The position numbers and the translations under genes were made by a program. The notes beneath the pieces are model-generated. The model had not been told where the DNA came from. It did no database searches and saw only the letters and a program-made list of their open reading frames with translations. 64,000 nt of DNA from Takakia lepidozioides (lineage: Eukaryota > Plantae > Bryophyta), in contig CM060734.1 of the NCBI GenBank assembly GCA_030704615.1, positions 20,336,001 through 20,400,000 of the forward strand, in the 5' to 3' direction. Each line of letters opens with the position of its first letter. The first letter of the stretch is position 1. Below, one piece after another: positions 25,033 through 38,006 of the stretch.

Positions 25033-26223
25033 TCTCTCATGATCAGACTCGACACTATAAGAAAACAAACATAGCAATGTCATGTTTGTCTTTCACGATC
25101 AAACTCGACACAAAGAAAACAAACAGATGCCACAATGGCAGGGAAGACAAAAAAAAACGCGAAGTCCCCTCACTCATGACTGGATGGATGAATGTAGCGA
25201 TGGATGGATGGTTTTCCATCAACACACAAACCACTAAAGTTTTTCACCACAGAAGTAATACCAATCACTGATGTGTATGTAATCACTAATGCGTAACCAC
25301 TGGCCGAGTGGTTCCAGTTACTAAATGGTCTGTAACCACTCACTCTACACCACTCTCAAAGTGGTACCAATCAATGGGGGTTCTTTAACCACTCCAGATC
25401 TACGTATACTGTCCCCGTCCACGTGGAATAATTAGTTCATAATTAAATATATTTTGAAATGATAAATCTTAAATAAAAATTGAATTATTACACGTGGAGT
25501 AGCAAGTGGTTTCAATCACCTCCATCACTCAGGTGTCTTCAACCACTCACAACCCACCCCAGTAGTACCAATCACTCACGTGTATGTAACCACTCACAAA
25601 TGCCCACTTGAAAAGTGGTTCCAGTTACAAAAGGGTCTTAACCACTCACATTCCACCACTGTGCAAGTGATACCAATCACTGGGGGGTCTTTAACCACAC
25701 CAGATCTACATATACTATCCTCGTCCACGTGAAATAATATATTTTGAAATGATAAAAATATTTAAAAAAAATTATTATACGTGGAGTAGAAAGTGGTTTC
25801 AACCACTTCCCATCACTGAGGTGTCTTTAACCACTCATAATTTATCACTGTACCCGTCCATGTCGGATATTATCATTATTAATATAATATTTGACCAAAT
25901 GTCGAATAATAAATATAAAATTAAATATTACACGTGGATTACTCAGTGGTTGAAACCACTTCCAACCACTCCATATTTTGTCACCGTGGCATTTCATTGG
26001 AATTAACCACTACCATTACTTGGAGTGATTTATAGAGTGATAAAAGACGAGTGGTTAAGGGGGCCAGTGGTTATTCCGCGTTTTTCTTCTAGTGAGTGTA
26101 AATGTGAAGAAAACGCTGCTCATGCAATTGAAATTGGTAGGTGCCGCACATGTGCATTGTGTATTAACAAAATTGGTGATATACAAACTTGGCGGAATGC
26201 CATCACTGTGTTTTCAACAATAT

Positions 26224-28108
26224 TCAAGGTACAACAAAAATGCATATTGTATATGTACTATGCTGCCAGTCATTCAAAGCCCAGTCGTCACTGTCCGATG
26301 ATGTGGAATTTGATGCTGTGGCCTGATTTGCATTGCCAATTGTCAGAGCTTGCGACCGTGATCTCGTGGTCAATGAGAGACCCAATGACATGTGATCAAT
26401 TCTGGCCTGTATCCGCCTACTTCGCGGCGAAAGTTGATTTTCTTCACTCTCACGACGTGGCGGAGGTGGATCGAGAACAAGTGCTCGGGCTGCATGCAAA
26501 TCGGCAACGAGGCTGTCCACATCCGGCAATACAGCCCCCGAAACACGATGATAACGGTCTGTCCATAATCGCCTCCATTTCTCTGCAACTGCCTTGATGG
26601 TACTTTTGAAACTTTCCAACTATCTTTCGCGGGCCTTGTCCCTAATCATTGTGTCGTTTCGACGATAAGCCGCCTCGTACGCATTATTCATTCGGCGTTG
26701 ACATATTATAACATCTTCCAGTTCGGACAGCAACAAATGTCTCTCAATCGGTTGTCGGTCATACAATTCGTTCTCCTCCGGCACCCATGGAACCTGTGGG
26801 AGCCGGATAAACCTGGACCTTCTTTGACTCCAATGCCCTCCCAAATTGCGGCAAAACTTCTCTCTCTCCCACCAATCTCGAATACCTCCCACACGTATGG
26901 TTATCTCCGAATCAGATGTGACCCAGAAATACTGGGGATCTTTGATGTATGCCGGGTTTTTGGTATGTATGCCGTGCATCTCTCTGTCTGCATCCCATAC
27001 CAAGTTCTTGCCCCAATGCACACAATTCAGAAATGTGTATGGTAGCCCATCCAATGGGAGGTTGTATCGATTGTATTCAAAACCTATGGGCATCCGATCC
27101 TCCTAGCCCACCAGCTCATAGAAACGGCGATGGATTGGTGTACGGCATTCTGGGCAAGCGCTCGTCCGCAAGGCTTGCGGGATAAGATATGTGAGATGGA
27201 ACATATGTCCACATGATCCAAGCACATGACATCCCTCTGGGCCGTATAGATTCCTACACATCGAACAAACAATGCCATCTGATATCCATGACGGCAAAAC
27301 GCCTCGTGGTATCTCCTCCCTCTGGGCCGGTTTGATGTGGCCGGTCATCCTTCTTGTGGTGTCCCACTCTTCCTCTATCTCCAATTCCCAGTTTATGCTT
27401 CTGTTCGACCCCGAAATTTTGTGCTCACATCGATCGAACATAGAATCCACATCTGCCCCAATTGGTATATACCGGCGAACACGCTTGATGCGATGCGGAG
27501 ATCGTTATACCTTGCATGTTGGCATAAATGCTATCCACGCTACGGTTCGACATGCGTGCGACATGTTGCAAGCCTGACAGTGCCCGCTCTACCCGTGCTT
27601 CTCTGGAGGCCAAATGGGTCGCCCATTGTACCCAATTCTCCCAATCGCCAGTCAATGGGATCCATGCCAGAATCTCCAGCGTTTTGGACAAGCGTCATGC
27701 ACTTGTAATGACAATGTCCCGCTCCTTTGTAACGCAGTCGACATCTAATATCGGGTTCATCTTCGATTGAATGGCGACCCTCGAGCATTCCCAGGTTTCC
27801 AGTACTGGTTCTTTTCCTTTCCTCCTTCTCTCATCCGCAATTCGTTGTTCCTCAACCATGGTTTCATCGGCCACAGGGTCAAGAACGTCCGTAACTTCCT
27901 GAATGATGAGGTCAATACTGCGATCAGGCATCGCAAACTCCGCGTCCATGTCCACGACGTTTGTTCGATCCTCATTGTGGACAACAATGCCTTCATTGTT
28001 TGGAGGCATATCTTGCAATGTAGCTTCCAACTCGGCTATGCGCAGTGTTTGCCAGTCTAGTCGGTCCTGCAGGGTCCTGATTCGCTGGTCTCGAGAATAA
28101 GCCTACAT
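26224..28108 (-). pseudogene. Intronless RING-H2 zinc-finger gene (~600 codons), disrupted
   Basis: Contiguous ORFs 27695..28030, 27425..27691, 27103..27450, 26620..27093 and 26224..26619. RING motif CSMC-x15-CGHMFHLTY-x10-CPEC, with one Cys position occupied by Tyr. An ATG at 28108 is in frame with the first piece but followed by a stop. Confidence 0.8.
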
Positions 28109-28109
28109 T

Positions 28110-29413
28110 GGCTTATATTCCCCCCCCGCCCTCATTTCTCGGGCCACGTGCAGGGCGAATCTTCTTGAAGCGACCGCCAACCTGGCGGTCGCTCGATTTT
28201 CCGGGAAATAAAAAAAATAAGCGACCGCCAGAACTGGCGGTCGCTCCATTTTCCGGGAAAAAAAAAAAAACGACGCCACACAGGCGGTCGCTCCATTTTC
28301 TGGAAATAAAAAAAAAGCGACCGCCAACATGGACGGTCGCTTCATTTAAAAAAAATAAGCGACCGCCAACATAGACGGTCGCTTCATTTTAAAAATTAAA
28401 AAAAAAAAAAAAAAGTGACCGCCAACATTGGCGGTCGCTTCATTTGCAAAATATTTAGAATAAATAAGCGACCGCCAGCTTATATCCCCCCCCCGCCCTC
28501 ATTTCTCGGGCCACGTGCAGGGCGAATCTTCTAGAAGCGACCGCCAACCTGGCGGTCGCTCGATTTTCCGGAAAAATAAAAAATAAGCGACCGCCAGAAA
28601 CTGGTGGTCGCTCCATTTTCCGGGAAAAAAAAAAAAAAACGACCGCCACAACAAGCGGTCGCTCCATTTTCTGGAAATAAAAAAAATAAGCGACCGCCAA
28701 CATGGACGGTCGCTTCATTTAAAAAATTTAAAAAAAAATAAGCGACTGCCAACATCGGCGGTCGCTTCATTTAAAAAAAAAAAAAAAAAAAAAAAGTGAC
28801 GCCAACATTGGCAGTCGCTTCTTTTGCAAAATATTTAGAATAAATAAGCGACCGCCAGCTTATATCCCCCCCCCCGCCCTCATTCTCGGGCCACGTGCAG
28901 GGCGAATCTTCTAGAAGCGACGCCAACCTGGCGGTCGCTCGATCCGGAAAAATAAAAAAAAAAAAAAGCGACCGCCAGAACTGGCGGTCGCTCCATTTTC
29001 CGGGAAAAAAAAAAAAAAAAACGACCGCCACAACAGGCGGTCGCTCCATTTCTGGAAATAAAAAAAATAAGCGACCGCCAACATGGACGGTCGCTTCATT
29101 TAAAAAAATTTAAAAAATAAGCGACCGCCAACATTGGCGGTCGCTTCATTTGCAAAATATTTAGAATAAATAAACGACCGCTAGCTTATATCCCCCCCCG
29201 CCCTCATTTCTCGGGACGTGCAGGGCGAATCTTCTAGAAGCGACCGCCAAAACTGGCGGTCGCTCGATTTACGGAAAATAAAAAAATACTAGGGGGGTGG
29301 GCGCATTTTCGGGAAAAAAAAAAAAAAAACGACCGGGGGGGGGGGGCGGGGGCTCCATTTTGGGAAATAAAAAAAAATAAGGGGGGGGGGGGGGGGACGG
29401 TCTTTCACTTTCA

Positions 29414-29444
<31 letters not shown>

Positions 29445-30880
29445 ACAACAATTGGGGGGGTGGGTGGGGCAAACTATTTTAGAATAATAAGCGACCGCAA
29501 ACATAGGCGGTTGCTTTTTTTTTCAAAACTTTAAAAAAAAAAAAGCGACCGCAGACAAAGGCGGTCGCTTCATTTAAAAAAATAAGCGACCGCCAACATA
29601 GGCGGTCGCCTCATTTTAAATTTTTAAAAAAATAAGCGACTGCCAGCATAGGCGGTCGCTTCATTTTCAAAACATTTAAAATATATAAGCGACCGCCAAA
29701 ATAGGCGGTCGCTTCATTTTCAAATTTTTTTTAAAAAAAACGACCACAACATAGGTGGTCGCTTTATTTAAAAAAAATTTAAAAAAAATAAGCGACCGCC
29801 AACATAGGTGGTCGCTTCATTTTTAAAAAATTAAAAAAAAATAAGCGACCGCCAGCATAGGCGGTCGCTTCATTTTCAAAACATTTCAAATAAATAAGCG
29901 ACCGCCAACATAGGCGGTCGCTTCATTAAAAAAAATTAAAAAAAATAAGCGGACCGCCGGCATAGGCGGTCGCTTCATTTTCAAAACATTTAAAATAAAT
30001 AAGCGACTGCCACATAGGCGGTCGCCTCATTTTTAAAAAAATTTTAAAAAATAAGCGACGCCAGCATAGGCGGTTGCTTCATTTTCAAAACATTTAAAAT
30101 AAATAAGCGACCGCCAACATTGGCGGTCGCTTCATTATCAAAAACTTTAAAAAAAATAAGCGACCGCCAACAAAGGCGGTCGCTTCATAAAAAAATAAAT
30201 AAAAAAAATAAGCGACCGCCAGCATAGGCGGTCGCTTCAATTTCAAAACATTTAAAAATAAATAAGCGACCGCCAACATAGGGGGTCGCTTCATTTTCAA
30301 AAACTTAAAAAAAAAATAAGCGACCGCCAACATAGGCGGTCGCTTCATTTTCAAAAACTTTAAGAAAAAATAAGCGACCGCCAATATAGGCGGTCGCTTC
30401 ATTCCAAAATAATAAAAATAAAGGCGACCGCCAGTAATGGCGTTCGCCCATTTCCAAAAATAAAAAAAAAAAAGCGCCCGCCAGTAATGGCGGTCGCTGC
30501 ATCCTAAAAAATAACCATCACTACGATCGCCAGAAATGGCGGTCGCTGCATTTTGTAAAAACAAAAACTGCCAGTAATGGAAGTTAGTGATGGAGAATGA
30601 CTGGGGCTTAAATGCCCCCCCCCCCCCCTCGCTCCACGCGCAGGGCAGACCTCGTAGAAGCGACCGCCACCATGGCGGTCGCTCCATTTCGCCAAAAAAA
30701 AGAAAAAAAACGACCGCCAGTAATGGCGGTCGCCTACATTTTAAAAACAAAAAAAAACTTCAAGCGAAATGAGGGGAGGAATGTCCCGGAAGCTTATATG
30801 CCTCTCCCCCCGCCTCACTCCTCGCTCCATGCGCAGGTCACATTTAGTAGAAGTGACCACCACCTTGGCGGTCGCCCAAT
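28110..30880. repeat. Large GCGACCGCC-N6-GGCGGTCGC palindrome array with a 330-380 bp higher-order repeat (4 copies)
   Basis: Dozens of AAGCGACCGCCAACATAGGCGGTCGCTT units. CTTATAT.CCCCCCCGCCCTCATT recurs at about 28112, 28480, 28860 and 29185. Confidence 0.95.
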
Positions 30881-31425
30881 TTCAATAAAAATGAATGCAC
30901 AGTTGGAAGCATGGCACAATTGTTCTCTATTCCACAAACAAATCACCGAACACAAACATGAGCAAATGACGGTGCCTTTGGCCGACATTTTGGCTGGTAT
31001 ACACATGGGCAACATCTTTTATTTCACAACACATACACAACAGCAATACAAATGACAATGATCACATTGGTATTACTTCAGTACAGAAATATAAACATGT
31101 CCACTAAAAAGTGCGGATGCATGCCTACAGTTGTTTTGCTTCAATTTCTTCTACTGCTTCGACGGCGGGATGAAGAAGATCTTAATCCTAATGCTCCGAT
31201 GGGTTGAAAATCCGGGTCACCCTCGACTTCACCACCGTTGCCATGATCAGTGCTAGAATCGTCCTCCCTATCCGACCTCATATGTCCAGGCCTTTGAATC
31301 TGCAAGCGACATCGAACCACATTTAGTTCTCTCTGAGGTCGACTCCCGTTCCGGTCTTGAATACCATCCACGATATCTGGCCTGTTTGTGGGCCGATTGC
31401 CTACAAAAGGTTGGACTGTTCTCTG

Positions 31426-34148
31426 TCATTTACGGACTTGGGACGCAATCGAAGGTGGTCTTGAAGGAGGTACCGGAGAGGAGACTGACCAAGATAGACC
31501 GGCATTAGATGGTCCGGCATGTAAAGAACCACGGGTCTGCTGCGCAACATGTCGGTTAAGGTGGAATTGTAGTGGCAGGTTGTCATCATCTGAGGCTTCA
31601 ACCTCCGCCCGGTTCAATGCAACAGAATGATGCATGCGTGTGGAAAACAGATCAACCTTGTTGCTCCTTAATGCCCGCTGTGTTAATGGGGAGCTGGATC
31701 GGTTTTGACATTGTGGTGGAGCTGGTTGTATCGGTGAGGCATGATCCCGTCTCGTCGACTGTACAATGGGTTCGACACCATCGTTTGTATGAACAGGGTT
31801 GCGTACGTCGATCGGTCCTGGCAGTACATCACCCCTAAGCTCCATTGGGGCACTACCAGTGGCTTCAGCGTGTAGTGGGGGGCGAGGGTCGACCCCAACT
31901 TCATTTTGAGGACCATGTTTTGGGGATGACACAATTGCAGCTTCATCTTCATCTGCGATACGCACTTCTTCAAGAAGGTCATCAAAGGTCGGCTGGATAT
32001 AAGCATCATCCTCTGTGAATGTAAACGGGTCATACGCATTTTCGGGAGCATCATCGGATCCATCTTCACTATCGGAGGCATATGATTCCCTCTGAGATGA
32101 TTCTCTCTGAGGCTCAGTATCGTCATTCATTGAATCAGCCTCAGAAGCAGAGTCTTCGGAATGCAAATTTCTCTCATATCATGCTGCAGCATCATCCGCT
32201 GCCCTCTCACGTAGCAGTCGGCAATCGGTATACACATACACCAATTTGTCAGCCCTCGTGGGATTCAACCTGTTACGAATCTTGTTGTGAACAAATGAGT
32301 AACTGCTCCAATTGCGTTCGCAAGATGAAGCAGAGCACACTTGAGCAAGAATACGCTTCGCAATGAGAGCCAATGTTCTTGCTCCAGCTCCAATCAGATC
32401 CCACCATTCATGTGGCAGTATATTGAGCTCTTTTGGATCCGACATGTCCTCAAAAGGGTCGCGGCGATCTGAGAAGCATTGGTACTCGGATATAGCTCTC
32501 TCTGCATGGTTCGGCGGAGCCAGTCGCATGAGCACTCGCACGAGGCCGGCCTTGGCATCAGCGTCGTTTCGGAGCATGGTATTGTCGAGCAAGAATGGAT
32601 TGAGCAAAACCCCCGCATAATGCAAGTCTGTTCGAACCATCGAACGACGGTCGTAAAATGCATCCTCAGCACTGTCCGCAAGTTCAGGTTCCAAGGAGAA
32701 GGGAGGATGCCTCAAGGATTGGACGTGCTTCTCAAGATTTGCATTAGTAACCATGTCTTGCCCATTACTAGTTGCTTTCCATCAAACTCCCGCAAGACGA
32801 TTAACACCGGCTCAACCATATAAACAAAGTTTTCACATTTCTTCCAGAAATCATCACTACGAATGCTATTTCGAACTTTTCGACTTTTGCCCAATGACTT
32901 GGCTTTTCTGGAGTCCCGCAATGTCCGTGTGTACGCATCCCATTGAGGATCGATGATGGTGTGCTCTAGACTGCTCTTCGCCGTCACCAACCGATCCACT
33001 ATCAAGAAGTTAGTGGCAAAACGAGTTTCGCCTGGATTGCAAAGGCTGTATTTGGGTTTGTGCCTCCTATATATTGCCAAAGGGATGTGGTGTGTGCGGA
33101 TGAACGACACAACAGTCTTCGCTTGCTTGACAAGTTGTTTCACCCACTGTTCTTTTCCCCAATCTTCCAAAAAGAGGTCAAGGATATGAGCAACACAACC
33201 TTGATAGTACATATGGGGATAACGTGCCAACAACATGTCTGCAGTGTTTATCATGTTAGCGGCATTGTCTGTGCATATTTGCACGATTCTATCACTTCTG
33301 ACCTGATCGATGAAGTCCGTCAATAGTTGACATTGATAACGTCCATCTTTCTTCTCTCCGCTAGTGTCGACCGATCCCAATAATTGTTCCCCAGCTGGAC
33401 ATACGAGCATGACATTGAACAACGGTCTGTTTGTGACAGAACTCCAACCATCGGCACATATAGTGCTTCCATATTTTTTGATACACTCGCCCGTCCTATC
33501 GTTGACCTTTTGGGTAAGCTCGGTCATGGCGTCTTCTAGCAATCATGTGCGGAGATTGTGATAAGTCAGAGGCACGTACGTGGATCTGGACTCCGAAGTT
33601 GCTCTAACAGAAGAAACAAATGCCGGAAGCCTTGCCACATTAAATGGTATGTTGGCCTCGAAGAAAAATTGCGCCCATTTTTTATCCAACTGTCTTTTCG
33701 TAGACAAGTTAAGACCTTCTTGCATGGATTGCTGCCGTAATCCTCCACTCCTTTGATGTGTAGGGGTACAAAGAGGTGTTGAAGCAGATGTTAGTCCGGC
33801 ACAACCCATTTGTCCAAGGACACCCGAAGCCTCACAAGAGTCGCCCTAGGTACTAATCGGGGCATCCTGACGGGAAGATGGAGTGTTCTGCTCAGAGGTC
33901 ATGTCCAGATCCAAAGACATTGGAATATTGCCTCCACACTGGGCAAAATGGTTTTTTACCCGCATAGATGCTTTGGGGCATAAACCCACCCCAGCGCTCT
34001 TCACACCTTTATAGCCGAGGTGAGCGAGCAACCGATCCTTACGATAAGAAAGCTTTAATCTACATAGGTTGCACTCAACACTACCAGTGGCACTGACAGT
34101 GTTCGGGATTGCCGTATACCAAGGGCTCAATTCCTCCCTCATCTTCAC
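31426..34148 (-). pseudogene. hAT-superfamily transposase (BED finger, DUF659-type core, hATC dimerization domain, acidic tail), disrupted
   Basis: BED-like W...CNLC...RLLAHL...C; FFFEANIPFNVA; ICADGWS; QICTDNAANM; CVAHILDL; GETRFAT; WW...LALIAKRILAQVCSASSCERNWS...HNKIRNRL. Stops and a frameshift separate the pieces. Confidence 0.95.
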
Positions 34149-34574
34149 CCAATATCCACTCCCCTAGAACCTAACGATGCAAGCAACAAAAAACAGTCAC
34201 CTATAAATGAACGTGTTGTGAATGTAGAGTGCAATGCGATAGCCCAACACTTTTACACCTGTCAGCAACCCAAGTGAGTCGATGTGGGTTGTAGTGTTGA
34301 GCTTATACACAATTTGTTGAAGTGGCTTTGGTGGAAGCCACAACGGCAAAAGGTGGGCACCCTCCTCTTTGGCTACACTCTCGATCAATAGAAGAGAACA
34401 TTCAAAGCAACCTCAAGTGTTTGCTCCAAAAGAAGTGAGGAGCTTGGTGACCCTCCTCCCTTATATATGATCCAAGAGGGATGAAAGTGAAATGAAAGTG
34501 AAATGAATAAATGACGAACCAATAGCGCCCACCCAAAAAAGGCTGTACAACCATATTTGTTAATTTTCAAATTA

Positions 34575-36180
34575 AGCGACCGCTAATACTACGGTCCGTA
34601 TTTTTATTTTTTATAAAAAACAAGCAACCGCCACTACTGCGGTCGCTTTTATTTCTTTTCATTTTGTGCAATATTGCGGTCACTTCTATTTTGTATATTT
34701 TTAAATTTAAGCGACCGCCAAGATAGCGGTCGCTATTTCTTTTTTTAATTCGAAAAATAAAGCGACCGCCAGTGCGACCGCCAATCTTGCTTTTATTAAA
34801 AACAAATTTGAAGCGACCGCCAATATGGCGGTCGTTATTTCTTTTTCTATTTCGAAAAATAAAGTGACCGCCAGTGCGATCGCCAATCTTCCTTTAAAAA
34901 AAAAACAATTGAAGCGACCGCCAATACGGCGGTCGCTATTTCTTTTTTAATTTCGAAAAGCAAAGCGACCGCCATAATTGGCGGTTGCGTTCATTTTGTT
35001 AATTTTCAAAAATATCTTTGCCACCGTGCGACCGCCAATACAACAGTCGCTTGCTTTTTTTTAAAAATTAGGCGACCGCCAATACGACCGCCAATCTTGT
35101 TATTTTAAAACAATAAATTGAAGCGACCGCCAGCATAGCGGTCACTATTTATTTTTTAAATTCAAAAAATAAGGCGACCGCCAATCTTGCTTTAAAAAAA
35201 AAAACATTTGAAGCGACCGCCATATTTCTTTTTCTATTTCGAAAAATAAGGCGACCGCCAGTGCGACCGCCAATCTTGCTTTAAAAAAAATAAAAATTAA
35301 AGCGACCGTCAATACGGCGGATGCTATTTATTTTTTAGTTTTGAAAAACAAAGCGACCGCCATAATTGGCGGTCGCGTTCATTTTGTTAATTTTCAAAAA
35401 TATATTTGCCACCGTGCGACCGCCAATATGGCAGTCGCTTGTTTTTAAAAAAAAATTAGGCGACCGCCAATACGACCGCAATCTTGTTTTTTTAAAACAA
35501 TAAATTGAAGCGACCGCCAGCATAGCGGTCGCTATTTATTTTTTAAATTGGAAAAATAAGGCGACCGCCAGTGCGACCGCCAATCTTGTTTTAAAAAAAA
35601 AAACATTTGAAGCGACTGCCAGTGCGACCGCCAATCTTTCTTTTAAAATTTTTTTTTTGAAGCGACCGCCAATATGGCGGTCGCTATTTATTTTTTAATT
35701 TTGAAAAACAAAGCGAACGCCATAATTGGTGGTCGCGTTCATTTTGTTAATTTTCAAAAATGTATTTGTCACCGTGCGACCGTCAATACGGCAGTCGCTT
35801 GTTTTCTTTTTTAAATTAGGCGACCGCCAATACGACCGCCAATCTTGTTTTTTTAAAACAATAAATTGAAGCGACCGCCAGCATAGCGGTCGCTATTTGT
35901 TTTTTTAATTCGAAAAATAAGGCGACCACTAGTGCGACCGCCAATCTTGCTTTTAAAAAAAATAAATTTTGAAGCAACCGCCAATATGACAGTCGCTATT
36001 TCTTTTTCTATTTCGAAAAATAAGGCGACCGCCAGTGCGACCGCCAATCTTGCTTTTAAAATAAAAAAAATTGAAGCAACCGCCAATACTGCGATCGCTA
36101 TTTCTTTTTTAATTTTGAAAAACAAAGCGGATTGGCGGTCGTGTTCATTTTGTTAATTTTCAAAATGTATTTGCCACCGC
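34575..36180. repeat. Subterminal array of GCGACCGCC motifs in direct and inverted pairs
   Basis: Repeated AAGCGACCGCCA...GCGGTCGC and GCGACCGCCAGTGCGACCGCCAATCTT units with higher-order periodicity. Confidence 0.95.
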
Positions 36181-36720
36181 CACCGTGTCGGCGACGTGGC
36201 TGCTTAAGTGGCAGTATTTTACCTGGTATTATTTTTACCAGAATATTCCTCGAACCTGACGTGACGGAGGTCTCGTCAGCGTCAGGTCTGACGTGACCTG
36301 ATGCTGACTGACGGACGTGACGCTGATAACCGGGTTGTTGATAGCAGAGAATAAGGCTAATACTTTCCATAGGACCTAAGATTAGCCAGATTGGAGCCAG
36401 GATCATAAAATAGGAAGTTTTGAAAGTAGTTGTTTTTAAACTGGAGCAACAAAAGTCTATGATGTAGAATTATGTTTGGCTGATACGATTTGATCTATTT
36501 ACTTCTGCTAGTAAGATATCTGAATGGATTCTTCTTGAGTCATAAAATCAAGATTACTACAGCACTAGGAGTTTGTAGTTCTAGTAATTATTATTAATTT
36601 AAGTGAGTCAAGAATATATAATTGATTAGATCATTCTGATGAAAAGATCAGCCCAACAAACAATATTACTATAACCAAAAATAAAAGAAGAGAATCAAAA
36701 CTAACTATAGGAAAGTAGTG

Positions 36721-36940
36721 TGGCGGCTATTGGGGTTTGAAACCCCAACCTCGAATGTACGGGCGAAATCTCTAACCAATAAGTCCCTCAAGTTATATTC
36801 GAGACCAACCTTCCTATCTAAGTATTTATAGGGCTATTAGAAATATTCTGAACAAATAAGCAAAACTAAGCAAGTTGCAACTGGCAGGAATTGAACCCTC
36901 AACCTCGGAAGTATAAACTACCAGACTAACCATCAAACTA
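36721..36940 (-). other. Two degenerate tRNA-like motifs (A/B box) in the LTR-like region of B
   Basis: Minus strand TTGGTTAGAG...GAGGTTGGGGTTTCAAACCCC...CGCCA at 36721-36785. Minus strand TAGTTTGATGGTTAG...GAGGTTGAGGGTTCAATTCCTG at 36880-36940. Confidence 0.5.
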
Positions 36941-38006
36941 ATCTAGAGATGTTGTTACAAGAGGGTTTCTTTCAGTTATTTAATCACAATAGTCAAATCT
37001 CACTCTTTAACATGGCCTGGCAGTTAGAATTCTCTGTTTTCAAAAATCCATAAGTCCCTACTAGGTTCTTCAATTCACTTGCTGTAAAATAGAAGTTGTA
37101 ACCTAAGCTTTACTCAACAAGATCTTGGAATTAGTTTGTGAATCAAGGTCCATAAAAATGGTTTAGCTCAAATCATTCAAACATATATGTTTTGCAGCAT
37201 CAGTGCCATGGATATGACAGTCCCAAATTCTGCTAGCATATACCACCTACTTTAGACATTAATATCTCTTAACCTAGGCAAATACTAGTAAAAAACTAAA
37301 TAAATCAATATCCCTACCTTTTAAACGTAAATATATACATAAAATTATTCAAAAAGAAAACAAATAATTAAGTTGGTTGGTTGAAATTAAATTTTGTTGT
37401 TTGCTTAATAACTAATATTTACACTAGGCTATCTCTTTTAATATATATATGCGTATATGTATATATACATCTAAAAATCATAATTATTTATCCCGAAGTA
37501 ATTATACATTCGCCTGACTTATTTCTAGACTATTGTTTTCGTAAATACGTCAATGAGTTAGCACTAACTATTGGTTACAAATTACAAACGCAAACACTTA
37601 TAACATAGAAAATTTATAAATCCACACTAGCAGCACCCTTGGAGCTAGGCGGCGCCTTCGGGACCTAACCTGGCTTTGTCTAACACGAACCTTAAATTAA
37701 GTATGCAACTGTTAATGGGGTACATTAATGGTTGACATATTTTTTGTGCGTTTGCCGGGAGCTAGACTAGCTGCTTTGAATTCTTTAAAATCTTGCTTGT
37801 TGTTTTGATGATAAACTGTTTTATGAAGTATTCTCAACGATTGAAAATGACAGTGCTCGGAAAGAACAATGGTAGCAACGATCGGATGTGTCATTTGAGA
37901 GAACAGTACAAATGACATTACCACACTATCTCCTCGTGTCAATTAGGGGATGGGAGCCTTGATAATGTAGGCGACGCTAACATGATGAACCAACTAACAA
38001 AGATGA

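Larger units (their letters stand above)
21265..26094 (-). mobile_element. Non-autonomous CACTA (En/Spm) transposon
   Basis: TIRs CACTAGAAGAAAAAC.CGGAATAACCACT and AGTGGTTATTCCG.GTTTTTCTTCTAGTG. 3-bp TSD AGT on both sides. Dense AACCACT/AGTGGTT subterminal repeats. No TnpD transposase seen. Confidence 0.96.
2423..36325 (-). mobile_element. Putative giant hAT DNA transposon with kinase and RING cargo, interrupted by nested LTR and CACTA elements
   Basis: Contains a hAT transposase at 31.4-34.1 kb. The same palindromic repeat family lies at 2.6-3.2, 28.1-30.9 and 34.6-36.2 kb. Both extremities are TGACGT/ACGTCA-rich and share CGTCACGTCCG in inverted orientation. The right end reads CAGCGTCACGTCCG on the minus strand. 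The left tip appears cut by the chromovirus, so no TSD can be verified. Confidence 0.55.

Noticed and set aside
29270-29480. G-run and A-run rich stretch suggesting a G-quadruplex or novel motif
   Set aside because: It is a garbled version of the neighbouring repeat unit collapsed to homopolymers, most likely low-quality consensus sequence.
28103-30750. ORFs with repeated MKRPPMLAVAYFF peptides (also HSPSQ-type ORFs at 7129..7542 and 19000..19434, and ORFs at 49021..49670)
   Set aside because: These are translations of tandem repeats with no independent coding evidence.
36324-36345. TGATAAC as the start of the element B LTR
   Set aside because: It does not mirror the TTGACA end at about 37737 and it overlaps the candidate hAT terminus. 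Left unresolved, not called.
36721-36940. Functional tRNA genes
   Set aside because: I cannot form acceptor and anticodon stems convincingly. Kept only as tRNA-like motifs.
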